DNA of 64,000 nt from Thermovenabulum sp. (GCF_049701175.1 NZ_JBNATW010000009.1:9904-73903); one strand, 5' to 3'; positions 36,334 through 45,837 are shown, counted from the stretch's first letter. Notes: generated by a model not told the origin, from the sequence alone. Program-made: numbers and translations.

Positions 36334-37476
36334 TCATCGCTCACCACCAGCAATTCCTGCCTTTTCTTTGTTGCTTGTAGGAAGTAAAATTATAAATATG
36401 TTCAATAAAAACACAAAAACACTTATTAAGCCCAATCGCTTTATAGCCCATAGTATTTCCTCTTCAGATGACCCGAGCAACATTATATTCCGAAGGGGAA
36501 TTATAAAGGAATATAAAGGCCAAATCGCTGCAAATTTCTTTATAGGCTCCGGCATCATATGATAGGGCCATGTAAAACCCGAAGCGAGAAAAGTCGGCAT
36601 AGATAAATAAGCTGTAATCTGAACAGAAAAAAGCGGGTTTTTAGTTAAAATCCCCAGAAATGCACCTATATTGAGACATGAAGTTATAAACGCTGCCGAA
36701 AGTAGAGTTATATCAAATACCTTTTCCCTAACAGGAATTTTAAATAATTTATTGACTGCTAAAATACAAACCAAAAACACAAATATTAATATGGCTAAAT
36801 ATATAAACATTCTTGTTATATAAATTTCCATTAGCTTTTTGCCGTTTTTTTCTTGAGAAGCGTCAACAGCAATTGTCCTCGCCATATTTAGAACAGATAT
36901 TTCTAGAAATATTGCTCCTATTAGGCCGGGAATCAGAAAATAGCTGTAGTTATATGCAGGATTCCCGAGAACCCTTGTGGTAAAGCCAAGAGGCATTGCT
37001 AAATTCTTGCTGTATTCGGGCGGATAACCTAAGGACTCAATCTTTTTTATAAGAATTCCCACTCCCAGGCTTTGAAGTATTTCGGAGGCTCTGGTTAAGG
37101 CATTGTTTCCAACAATCAGGTTGTTTTCGTTACATATAACAAGAACTCTCGTATCCTCGCCTTTTTTTACTTTAGAAGAAAATTCCGGAGGGAATACTAA
37201 AGCCATTCTCACACTGCCCTGCTGTATCAAATTTTTAAGCTCAACCTCATCCTTAGGGAAATACCTTATATCGTATTTTTCATTATTCTCAAAGTAATTT
37301 ATGATCATTCTGCTCAATGAAGAATTATCAAGGTCTAAAATCGCCGTAGGTATAGATTTTACTACACCAGGGCTGTAATACCAGGAAAAAAGCACGGTAA
37401 AAATTACGGGTGTTATAACAAGTGCTATCACAAGTAATTTATCTTTCTTCAGATTCATCAACTCTCTTTTAAGCAT
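36334..37476 (-). CDS. ABC-2 type transporter permease
   Basis: N-terminal TM, large extracytoplasmic loop, C-terminal 5-TM bundle (YhhJ/YbhS-like layout). Confidence 0.7.
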   Translation of the reverse strand: MLKRELMNLKKDKLLVIALVITPVIFTVLFSWYYSPGVVKSIPTAILDLDNSSLSRMIINYFENNEKYDIRYFPKDEVELKNLIQQGSVRMALVFPPEFSSKVKKGEDTRVLVICNENNLIVGNNALTRASEILQSLGVGILIKKIESLGYPPEYSKNLAMPLGFTTRVLGNPAYNYSYFLIPGLIGAIFLEISVLNMARTIAVDASQEKNGKKLMEIYITRMFIYLAILIFVFLVCILAVNKLFKIPVREKVFDITLLSAAFITSCLNIGAFLGILTKNPLFSVQITAYLSMPTFLASGFTWPYHMMPEPIKKFAAIWPLYSFIIPLRNIMLLGSSEEEILWAIKRLGLISVFVFLLNIFIILLPTSNKEKAGIAGGER

Positions 37477-38657
37477 TATTCAACCACCGCTTTCCTTTTT
37501 CTCCCAAAAAGAATAAGAGCTAAAAAGATAGCTGCAAAAACTGCAAAAAAATATATTAAAAGAGCGTTGAAGTTGTAAATATATACATCCTTATTTATTC
37601 CCGTCGCCATAATGCTTTTAACAGGATCAGCAAAATAGTATAAAGGTATTAGTTTTGCAAGTTTGCCTAATAAAGGAGGCATTGCAAGGGTTGGCCAGGT
37701 ATAACCGCAGTAAATAAGGGTAGGAAGCACTAAAAACATAGCCACTTCTGTTGAAGAAATCTGATCGCGGAAAATTATTGATGATATTACCCCAATAGCC
37801 GAGATAGTAAGAGTAAAAGGCAGGGATAAGACAGCAATACCTTTTACAGCTTCAATTTTCCCGAGCAAAAAGTATTTTATAGAAAGGAAATATGTTAGAT
37901 TTAAAAAGAATGCTCCTGTCATCGCATGAAAGACAAGTTTTCCCATAACAAATTGAAGCCTATCTAAAAAATTCATTTCTTTTGAAAAAACTTTGTATTT
38001 TGAGCCATTGATTGAAGTCGCTGCTCCGAGAACGATAGAAATCTGAAATAAAGAAGCTATTGCACCAGGCATTAAAAACTTGCCGTAATTTCTCGTTGGA
38101 TTATACCAAACCCTTTTTTCGAAGGGCAGGCCCAACACAAAATTTTTTGCCTTATCCGGCTGCACTCCTTTTGCCTCTAAATAATTTACCGCAATCCCGG
38201 CATTTACCGTCATCAAGATTTCAGCACTTTTTTCAAGGCAAATGCTTGAAATAGACATGTTTGTTCCGTTAACAATGATAAGAACCTTAGGCGACTTTTG
38301 ATTTTTTACATCCTTTTCAAGGCCTTCAGGTATAAAAACAACCACGTCCACTTTCCCGGATTTTATTAGACCTTCTAAATTTTTATCCTCATCAAGATAA
38401 TAATTCACTTTAAAAGTTTCATTGTTTTCAAAATACCATATTATCTTCCTGCTGAGAGAAGTGTTGTCCAAATCTACTACTGCTGTACTTACACCCTTTA
38501 CAACGCCGGGCAAATACATATAGCAGAGCACCAATGAAACCAGAGCTGGTATCAAAATAACCGCCAAAATATACTTTGGGTCTTTAAATATCCTTAAAAT
38601 CTCTTCCTTTAAGCTTTTTATAAAATAAATCAATTCGAATAACCCCCTGAAATCCAT
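37476..38657 (-). CDS. ABC-2 type transporter permease (paralog of the neighbour)
   Basis: Same architecture as 36334..37476, with shared motifs (DLDNSSLSR / DLDNTSLSR). Confidence 0.7.
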   Translation of the reverse strand: MDFRGLFELIYFIKSLKEEILRIFKDPKYILAVILIPALVSLVLCYMYLPGVVKGVSTAVVDLDNTSLSRKIIWYFENNETFKVNYYLDEDKNLEGLIKSGKVDVVVFIPEGLEKDVKNQKSPKVLIIVNGTNMSISSICLEKSAEILMTVNAGIAVNYLEAKGVQPDKAKNFVLGLPFEKRVWYNPTRNYGKFLMPGAIASLFQISIVLGAATSINGSKYKVFSKEMNFLDRLQFVMGKLVFHAMTGAFFLNLTYFLSIKYFLLGKIEAVKGIAVLSLPFTLTISAIGVISSIIFRDQISSTEVAMFLVLPTLIYCGYTWPTLAMPPLLGKLAKLIPLYYFADPVKSIMATGINKDVYIYNFNALLIYFFAVFAAIFLALILFGRKRKAVVE

Positions 38658-39685
38658 TAAAATCTCACAAAGGCTGTCATCCCCGGCCTCATTAATTCTC
38701 TGCCTTCCAATAATTCAACCTTCACCTCAAAGGTCATTATATCCTGTGACCCGTTATCATTGGTTGCTCTTTTTACAGCAAAATCAGGATTTTCGCTTAT
38801 CCTTTTCACTTTACCTCTAAAAGACTTGTCAGGATAAGCCATCACCTTTATCACAACTTCCTGACCGACCTTCACCTTGGATAAATCTTTTTCACTGACA
38901 TTAACCTTTATCCAAACATCATCAAGGTTTGTTACAGTAGCTATGGGCATCCCTGTAGAAACAAGTTCACCTTCGTCGCAATAAATCTCCGTTACTGTAC
39001 CATTTATTGGTGACAATACCTTTGTGTCTTTAAGATAGCTGTCTACTTCCTGAATCCCTGCAAGTGCCTGCTGATATTTGTCTTTCGCAGCTTCATAAGC
39101 GGCCTTTGCCTGCTCTACAACCGCCTGAGCCGCCTCTATATCTTCCTTGCGCGCCCCTTCTTTTGCCATATCGAGCTTTTGCTTTGCTATGTTCATTTGT
39201 GTTAAGGCTTCATCCAATTTCTGTGCAGGCACTGCTCCATGCTCATAGAGGTCTTTAACCCTTTCATAAGTTTTTACGGTGAGTTCATAATAATCCTCTG
39301 CTTCCTGAATTTCCTGACGCCTTGCACCGTTTTTTGCCTTTTCAAGGGTTGCCTCTGCTGCTTTTAAAGCAGCATAAGCCATATCCACCTGTCCTCTTGC
39401 AGCTTCTGCTAAAGCTTTCGCCTGCTCCCTTTTTGCCTTTAATTCATTGCTTTCGATCTCTGCAATGACCTGCCCTGCATTTACTTTTTGACCCTCTTCA
39501 ACATAGATCTTAGAAATCTTCCCCGGTATTTTTGTGTTAATGTCAACCTCTTTTGCCTCTATTATTCCCCTCACTTCACTGCCCTGCTCTCCCATTACAT
39601 TCGCACTGCTTTTTGCTGTGCATCCTTGAAGAAAAAGTGAAGTAACTATGATTGCTATTGGCAATATTATCCATTTTTTTCTCAT
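38657..39685 (-). CDS. HlyD-family secretion/adaptor lipoprotein
   Basis: Lipobox LQGC, biotinyl-lipoyl-like domain, long coiled coil, beta-barrel C-terminus. Confidence 0.8.
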   Translation of the reverse strand: MRKKWIILPIAIIVTSLFLQGCTAKSSANVMGEQGSEVRGIIEAKEVDINTKIPGKISKIYVEEGQKVNAGQVIAEIESNELKAKREQAKALAEAARGQVDMAYAALKAAEATLEKAKNGARRQEIQEAEDYYELTVKTYERVKDLYEHGAVPAQKLDEALTQMNIAKQKLDMAKEGARKEDIEAAQAVVEQAKAAYEAAKDKYQQALAGIQEVDSYLKDTKVLSPINGTVTEIYCDEGELVSTGMPIATVTNLDDVWIKVNVSEKDLSKVKVGQEVVIKVMAYPDKSFRGKVKRISENPDFAVKRATNDNGSQDIMTFEVKVELLEGRELMRPGMTAFVRF

Positions 39686-39709
39686 ATTCCCTACTTCCTC
39701 CCCACCGTA

Positions 39710-41089
39710 CTAATTTAAAGGCCTGCCTATTGCATTATCGTAATTAGCTTTTGCCAGATTGAAGCTGTAAACTATTTCTACTACTTTTTCTTCCACATCC
39801 GTAAGCCTTTCCTGGGCCGCTAATACCTCTACTATTGTTCCGGACACATCTTCTAAGTCCATAGTTTTTAAATTTTTTGTGGGATAAGGATAGCCTTTTT
39901 GGTACTTGTATTCTGCTATTTTTAAAACTTCCTGGGCATTTTTTACGCAGTTTTCTATATAATCAAGCATATTCTGAGCGTACATAAGTGAATCATACGC
40001 ATTTCTAATATCACTTTCTACATCGAGAAGTGCCTTCTGGTAATTGTCCCAGGCTTTATTTGCCTGTAAAAGGGCTTCACGGTACTGAAAGGTGTTTTCA
40101 GGGTAAATCCTTTTTACTATGTCAAAGTTGAGTTTGTAGACCAAATATTCTCCTTTTGCTTTTCTTATTTCAAGCCTGTTTTCCAATCCCTCTTTTATCC
40201 CTTCCTCCAGATTTGGAAAGTATTTTTCTGTCGTAAAAACATCCTCCACCTCAATATCCTTTTCCAAAGGATATCCTATGCTCTTTTTAAGTTCCATTTT
40301 CGCCTTGCTTAAATCTATCTTTGCTTTTTCTAAATCAGCCTTCATTAAAGAGACCTGTGTTTTTGCAAGTAAGACATCATCCTTTGCCACCATCCCGGCA
40401 TTATACCCTGCTTGGGCAATGTCGAGCTGCCCTTGAGCCCTTTCTAATGCTTTTTGTTTCACTTCGAGGATTTTTTGGGCTTTCAACACATCATAGTACT
40501 CTTTTTCCACTAAAAGGGCTATCTGCCTTTCTGCAAGAGACCTTGCAGTTGTAGCCACATCCAAAGCTACCCCAGCTTTAATATTTATCAAATCCTGCGC
40601 AGATTTTACATTATTTAGACCTGCAATAATCTGATCAAGGGATTTGTCCAAAAGTTCCTCCCCTTTTTCCAAAAGGGTTTCCCCCTCTGTTATTGCAGAT
40701 TCTAATTGTTTTTTTATTCCTTCAAGATAAGCTTTTTTCTCGGGAGGCAGGTTTGGGTCTTCCAATGCTTTTTCTACCTCGGAAAGCTGTTTTTTCGCTT
40801 CTGAAAGCTGTTCTTTTCCTGCGCTAATACTGTCTTTCCCGCTTCCCAATTTTCTTGATAAAAAATCCGCTTTCTCATCCTGCAGTTTTGCCATATCGAG
40901 CTCATCCTGAACTAATCTGAGATTTATATTGTTTTTTAAAGCCATTTCTATGCACTTTGAGAGGTTTAATTTTTCAACCTTTTCATTTGGATTCTGTAAA
41001 GAAAAAGCTTGAGTTCTTATTCCTCCTATTGTAAAAGCTACCAAAACTAAAAATGTCAAAATCCTTCTAATTCGCTTTGCCATGTTCAT
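39710..41089 (-). CDS. TolC-family outer-membrane-efflux-protein-like protein
   Basis: Signal peptide and OEP repeats (LSKCIEMALKNNINLRL...). Confidence 0.7.
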   Translation of the reverse strand: MNMAKRIRRILTFLVLVAFTIGGIRTQAFSLQNPNEKVEKLNLSKCIEMALKNNINLRLVQDELDMAKLQDEKADFLSRKLGSGKDSISAGKEQLSEAKKQLSEVEKALEDPNLPPEKKAYLEGIKKQLESAITEGETLLEKGEELLDKSLDQIIAGLNNVKSAQDLINIKAGVALDVATTARSLAERQIALLVEKEYYDVLKAQKILEVKQKALERAQGQLDIAQAGYNAGMVAKDDVLLAKTQVSLMKADLEKAKIDLSKAKMELKKSIGYPLEKDIEVEDVFTTEKYFPNLEEGIKEGLENRLEIRKAKGEYLVYKLNFDIVKRIYPENTFQYREALLQANKAWDNYQKALLDVESDIRNAYDSLMYAQNMLDYIENCVKNAQEVLKIAEYKYQKGYPYPTKNLKTMDLEDVSGTIVEVLAAQERLTDVEEKVVEIVYSFNLAKANYDNAIGRPLN

Positions 41090-41096
41090 CGTTCAA

Positions 41097-41579
41097 TCAC
41101 CCGTTTTCAAATATTCTTTTTTCTATTTTTTTTAGTATCATTATCAAGTAATCTTTTTCCTCATTTTCAAGAGCAGAAATTATCCTCTGCCACTGCTCTT
41201 TGTATTCCGGGAAAATTACCCTAAAAAGCTCTTTCCCCTTTAAAGTAAGCTCTGCTCGGACTATCCTCCTATCCCTTTTATCGTATTTTCTTTCCACGAG
41301 ATTTTCTTTTTCCATCCTGTCTATGAGCTTTGTTATATTTGCTTTGCTAACCTTCATCCTTTCCCCAATCTGAGAAAGGCTTAGCCCTTCTTCTTTTTCC
41401 TTTCCCAAAATTAAAAGGACGTTAAATTTGCTTCTTGAAATCCCGTATTTCTTAAATATTTCGTCAAAGGAATCAACTATAACCCTGAAAAAATTGCTCA
41501 ATTCTACCAATAAATCATCTGAATTGTTCATTTTTTCTTCATAAGGTATTACGCCATCAAAAGCAAGGCTGTTATTCAT
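41097..41579 (-). CDS. MarR-family transcriptional regulator
   Basis: MarR winged HTH (LSLSQIGERMKVSKANITKLIDRMEKENLVERKYDKRDRR). Confidence 0.85.
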   Translation of the reverse strand: MNNSLAFDGVIPYEEKMNNSDDLLVELSNFFRVIVDSFDEIFKKYGISRSKFNVLLILGKEKEEGLSLSQIGERMKVSKANITKLIDRMEKENLVERKYDKRDRRIVRAELTLKGKELFRVIFPEYKEQWQRIISALENEEKDYLIMILKKIEKRIFENG

Positions 41580-41662
41580 GAAATCATCTCCATTAACACA
41601 TTTTTAATCTATTAAATTTAAATATGTTTATAATTAATTGGTTAACTTTTTGTTCAAGCAGT

Positions 41663-41694
41663 AAGCGGATGGGGTTAAATTTCCCCATCCGCTT
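41663..41694. other. strong 12-bp hairpin between the SLH gene and marR (terminator-like; T-tract only on the plus strand)
   Basis: AAGCGGATGGGG-ttaaattt-CCCCATCCGCTT. Confidence 0.5.
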
Positions 41695-41703
41695 AATTTT
41701 TCA

Positions 41704-44466
41704 TTAATATGGGCTCTTTTTGTCAGTTAAAACAGCTTTTTCTTCATCATCAACTAATCTTTCGATTACCCTGATGTTCACACCGTCTTCAACTATGAAG
41801 TATACTGCATCTCCACTATGGATGCTTGAAGCAGACTTCTTCTCGTCTTCTTCGTAGACGATAGCATTTGCAGGCAGCTTGTATTTAGGATATGAATATG
41901 TGCCAGTGCTGCTATTATATACTTCTATCGTCACTGTATCGCCAGATTTTGCATAAACTTTGCCATATACTTCCTGGTAGTCTTTGCTGCTTGTTACAAT
42001 CTCTAATTCTCCGTCAGCCTGGATCTTTACTACATATGGTCTTTCATCTTTAATGCTGCTCTTATACGCTGAATCAACTTTTACATCTTTTGTGCTTTCA
42101 CCATACGGATGAATGGTTACGTATACATCTCCAGATTTCTTCCACATGTCTACTACGTATACAGGCATTTCATCGCTTGAAGAATCTGTTACACCTGTGC
42201 TGGTGCTGCTCACAAAGAATATGGCTTTTGCATCAATGCCGTTGTCGTCAAGGATTACGTAGAACGGTATATCAACCTTGTCGTTTTCTGCAAGGTCGCT
42301 CCATTTTACTACATCAAAATCGTCATCAACGTCTGCGCCTGTTATATCTAAGTTATATTGTGTGGCATATACAGAATTTTCTACTTCTATTTCATCATCT
42401 TCATCGGTATTGATTCCTATATATGCTTTAACATTTCTCAAATCAAATATTGCTGTCTTGCTGTCTACATGAATTGATCCACTTGTTGTTTTAATACTGT
42501 CTTTGCCAAAGTCATCATCCATTACATAATATTTAGAGAGATCCACTACATAAATTTCGTTTTCAGCAATTTCGCCATTCTTGTTGAGCTTGAATTTTAC
42601 AAGGCTACCTGCCGCTATTGGCTTACCGTCTTTATCTTCTGTTAAGTTCTTTGTTTTTTCTACAGGATATACGATTTCGTCGCCTTCGCCATCGTTTGTC
42701 ACGGTGTAAATCTTAATTTTTTCGCTTTCTGTATAAATCTTTGTGACAATACCGTATTTATAGCCTGAAGATTCTGTCGTATTCCCTACAAAGTATGCAA
42801 TCCTTCCTGCAGCATCGAGGTACGCGGTGACAGTTACATCATCTAAGTCTTCCATGTCGTTGTCTTTGTCTGGATTATTATACTCTTTTATGTCATCTCC
42901 GCCATTTGCACTGTATTTAATTCCGTTAACCGATAATTTTATATATTTCCCATCTATTCCAACCCTGTCATCTTTATATCCTGTTAATTTTCCAGTAACA
43001 ACGTTGTCCTTTACAACCCTTACTATAGCGTAAGTATCTCCATCAATATCCTGTTTGCCTACGTAAATTACATTGCCCTTTTTGATATCATCCACTGTAA
43101 GAGCATTGCCGTTGGTATCAAGGACTATTACCTTATCGAAGGTTTCATCTTCTCTTAAGTCTATTTCGCTTACATTGTCAAGTTTGTCGGTGTTTGGAGT
43201 AATACCCTTGATAACACCCTTATTGTTCTCTGTTACTACCATCCAGCCGTCATCGGTTTGATCGGGGTTGAGCAAATCGGCAAATACTATTTTGCTGTTT
43301 TTGACAACAAATTTACCGGGTTTACCGACAAACATTGATAGATCAACAATTAAATTACCCTTTTCATCATAAATTTCATACTTTTTAGCACCATCAGCGT
43401 CAGAAACATATACTACTGCATTGTTGTCAAACTTATAATCGTCATCAAATTTGACGAGGCTCAATGTATTATCATCCTTAGCGGAAGAGGCATAGTCGAA
43501 CATCGCCTTGTCGTCGTATTCTCTTTCAGCGTATACAATTTCGTCATCGTCGTTTAAGTAAATGGTTACTTCTTCACCCAATACTGGTTCAACATTATAA
43601 CCTGCTACAACATCATAATCTTTTGCATTGCCATTGTCTTTTGCATCGACTACAGTAACTTCATTATTATCTTCATTCAGCGAATCATCAAGCCTGTTGT
43701 TTGCAATTATTCTCTTATCTTCAAGTTTTGTAATGTTAAGTTTATCCTCAAGCAATGTCTTCTCTGATTCAGAGTATTTTACGTTTCCAATTTCATAGGT
43801 GTCTACTTTTACAACTTTTGCATCGAGGGTGTTGTTCACTAATATTGCACATTCGCCCCTGTTTGCAAAGCCGTTTACATCAGCAAATTTTACATACTTT
43901 GTTATTTCCTTTTCCGCAGCTTTTGCAAGGTAGTTGCCGGGCCATTTACCGGGTAGGAATTCATCCTTGTAGCCCAAAGCCCTTACAAGCATCGTTATGG
44001 CTTCAGCATAGGTGACACCTTTATCGGGTTGGAAGGTGCCATCGGGGAATCCTTTTACAAGCCCTTGGCCAGCTGCAACGCTTATGTAACCGCTGGACCA
44101 TCTCGTAGGAGCTACATCTTTAAATGGAGTATAACCTGAAGCTGCTTTTGCTGCTGATTCCATGCCAAGTGCTACGACCAATAGTTTTGCAAACTGTTCC
44201 CTTGTGACCTTTTCATCGGGATGGTATTTCCCATCTTCCATTCCATTTACAATTCCGAATGCTGCAAGCCTCATTACAGCATCTTTTGTGTTTTTATCTG
44301 ATACATCTGATATTAGTTTGTTGATGTCAACAGCCGGAGCTTCTTTTATTGTGGCAGCGTATGCTGTCTTGACTTTTGCAAACGGCACCACAAAAACAGA
44401 ACCGGCTACGAAGAACAGGATTGTGAGCAAAGCAAGTAATTTCTTTGCTCTCTTCATATTAACCAT
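41704..44466 (-). CDS. large secreted SLH-domain cell-surface protein (S-layer-like)
   Basis: Signal peptide and three N-terminal SLH repeats, then about 700 aa rich in D/E/K/N/V/Y with beta-rich character. Strong RBS GGAGG. Confidence 0.8.
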   Translation of the reverse strand: MVNMKRAKKLLALLTILFFVAGSVFVVPFAKVKTAYAATIKEAPAVDINKLISDVSDKNTKDAVMRLAAFGIVNGMEDGKYHPDEKVTREQFAKLLVVALGMESAAKAASGYTPFKDVAPTRWSSGYISVAAGQGLVKGFPDGTFQPDKGVTYAEAITMLVRALGYKDEFLPGKWPGNYLAKAAEKEITKYVKFADVNGFANRGECAILVNNTLDAKVVKVDTYEIGNVKYSESEKTLLEDKLNITKLEDKRIIANNRLDDSLNEDNNEVTVVDAKDNGNAKDYDVVAGYNVEPVLGEEVTIYLNDDDEIVYAEREYDDKAMFDYASSAKDDNTLSLVKFDDDYKFDNNAVVYVSDADGAKKYEIYDEKGNLIVDLSMFVGKPGKFVVKNSKIVFADLLNPDQTDDGWMVVTENNKGVIKGITPNTDKLDNVSEIDLREDETFDKVIVLDTNGNALTVDDIKKGNVIYVGKQDIDGDTYAIVRVVKDNVVTGKLTGYKDDRVGIDGKYIKLSVNGIKYSANGGDDIKEYNNPDKDNDMEDLDDVTVTAYLDAAGRIAYFVGNTTESSGYKYGIVTKIYTESEKIKIYTVTNDGEGDEIVYPVEKTKNLTEDKDGKPIAAGSLVKFKLNKNGEIAENEIYVVDLSKYYVMDDDFGKDSIKTTSGSIHVDSKTAIFDLRNVKAYIGINTDEDDEIEVENSVYATQYNLDITGADVDDDFDVVKWSDLAENDKVDIPFYVILDDNGIDAKAIFFVSSTSTGVTDSSSDEMPVYVVDMWKKSGDVYVTIHPYGESTKDVKVDSAYKSSIKDERPYVVKIQADGELEIVTSSKDYQEVYGKVYAKSGDTVTIEVYNSSTGTYSYPKYKLPANAIVYEEDEKKSASSIHSGDAVYFIVEDGVNIRVIERLVDDEEKAVLTDKKSPY

Positions 44467-44631
44467 ACACTGACCTCCTTATAAGATATATTTTTTATTT
44501 AATTTTTAGGATAAAATCTTTTTCCATCCTCACCCCCTACATGTTTTTAAAACATTAAATATTATTTTTTCAAGGACCCTCCCCTTTTTAAAGGGGAGGG
44601 CAAAATAAAGAGGATTTGGGTATGAATTTTG

Positions 44632-44661
44632 GTGAGTGCTCACTTGATAGTGAGTGCTCAC
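44632..44661. promoter_or_regulatory. two copies of the palindrome GTGAGTGCTCAC (18-bp spacing): candidate repressor operators
   Basis: Copies at 44632-44643 and 44650-44661, directly downstream of the putative -10 of the SLH gene promoter. Confidence 0.45.
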
Positions 44662-44666
44662 TTTTA

Positions 44667-44695
44667 AATATAATGCGTCTTTATCTTCAAGTCAA
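44667..44695 (-). promoter_or_regulatory. putative sigma-A promoter of the SLH protein gene
   Basis: Minus strand TTGACT, 17 nt, TATATT. Confidence 0.45.
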
Positions 44696-44781
44696 TAGAT
44701 TTTTTTCATTTGTAATCCATTTGTAATTTACTTGTAAAAAAATAGAAATAGGTTTTTTAAAAATAAAATTTTATAACTATA

Positions 44782-44810
44782 TTGACCTTTAAAGGTTTCA
44801 GGAATAAAAT
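44782..44810 (+). promoter_or_regulatory. putative sigma-A promoter of the 78-aa ORF
   Basis: TTGACC, 17 nt, TAAAAT. Confidence 0.4.
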
Positions 44811-44826
44811 AATTAATAACGGTGAG

Positions 44827-44840
44827 TAAGTAATTACTTA
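44827..44840. promoter_or_regulatory. perfect 14-bp palindrome TAAGTAATTACTTA (candidate TetR operator)
   Basis: It lies between the promoter at 44782-44810 and the RBS of the 78-aa ORF. An imperfect copy (AGTAATATTATA on the minus strand) abuts the -35 of the TetR gene promoter at about 45794-45811. Confidence 0.45.
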
Positions 44841-44872
44841 ATTTTTATTAAAAAATAAAAGAGGGTATAGAA

Positions 44873-45109
44873 ATGGATAATGATTTTTTTTATACACAGA
44901 TTAAAGACATGGCTTTGGTTATTGAAAAGTACATAAAAAAAGAATGGGAGTTGGATAGAAAAGATATTTCCTTTGCTTCCCATCTTTTAAGCGGTGCATT
45001 TTTTTATATTCTATTAAAAAAAATGGAATCGGGAGAAGTGCCTACTGAAGAAGAAATTAGAAACCTAACAGGACTGTGGTTGAACGGCATTAAGCCTTTA
45101 TACCGTTGA
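44873..45109 (+). CDS. 78-aa protein resembling a TetR C-terminal (ligand/dimerisation) domain without an HTH
   Basis: Has its own promoter, operator and RBS. The C-terminal ...LTGLWLNGIKP parallels ...LIDIFFNGIKA of the convergent TetR. Its 3' end overlaps that gene by 20 nt. Confidence 0.4.
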   Translation: MDNDFFYTQIKDMALVIEKYIKKEWELDRKDISFASHLLSGAFFYILLKKMESGEVPTEEEIRNLTGLWLNGIKPLYR

Positions 45110-45740
45110 AAAATATATCTATCAGCTGATGCAGCACTTTCTCTTCATCTATATCATTTTCTAAAGGACCTTCAGTTTTAAGCCATATTAAAGTGGCAAT
45201 CACCATACCCATAAATGCTTTTACAGCTATCCTGGGATCAACCTGTCTAAATTCCCCTTTCTTTATTTTTTCTTTTATTAATTCTTCACATAAATATGTA
45301 ATTTTTTTATCTACCTTTTCAAGAAATTCTTTTTTTAAATCTTCATGAAACTGACTTTCATAAAATATGAGTTTCATTAATTCAAAATTATTTTTTACAA
45401 ACTCGGTGTACTTCTTTAAAAAACTTACCAGCACTTCCTGAACGTCTTTTTTTTCACTTTCAGCTTCTTGAATCATTCTCATCAAAAAATCAATAGAAGA
45501 AGTGTTTAAAAGATCAAGCAATATATCTTTTTTGGTTTTGAAGTATTTAAATACCGTACCCTCCGAAACCCCTGCTCTTTCCGCAATTTCTTTTGTTTTT
45601 GTGCCGTGGTATCCTTTTTCCGCAAAAACTTTGATTGCGGCCTCGAGTATCTCTCTTTTTCTTTTTTCGGTAAGCTTTTCTTCTCCCGATATATTACTTT
45701 TTAATTCCATTTTCATACCCCACTTTATTCTTAAAAACAT
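45090..45740 (-). CDS. TetR/AcrR-family transcriptional regulator
   Basis: TetR HTH (ILEAAIKVFAEKGYHGTKTKEIAERAGVSEGTVFKYFKTK). The true start may be an internal Met (MKMELK...). Confidence 0.85.
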   Translation of the reverse strand: MFLRIKWGMKMELKSNISGEEKLTEKRKREILEAAIKVFAEKGYHGTKTKEIAERAGVSEGTVFKYFKTKKDILLDLLNTSSIDFLMRMIQEAESEKKDVQEVLVSFLKKYTEFVKNNFELMKLIFYESQFHEDLKKEFLEKVDKKITYLCEELIKEKIKKGEFRQVDPRIAVKAFMGMVIATLIWLKTEGPLENDIDEEKVLHQLIDIFFNGIKA

Positions 45741-45837
45741 TAAAATAACCCTAAATATATAATATCTTATTTCTTAGTTTTTACAATATCTTTTATAATA
45801 TTACTTGTCAATTTTATTTAAATAAATGAAATTCAAA

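Noticed and set aside
41663-41694. Treating the 12-bp hairpin as a definite terminator of the SLH gene.
   Set aside because: On the sense (minus) strand it is followed by ACTGCTTG rather than a T-run, so I list it only as a hairpin. Read-through into marR is possible.
44577-44600. Near-perfect palindrome CCCTCCCCTTTTTAAAGGGGAGGG upstream of the SLH gene; considered as a terminator.
   Set aside because: No T-tract follows on either strand and no upstream gene needs terminating there. It may be a 5'UTR stabilising stem-loop of the SLH mRNA, but I cannot support a specific call.
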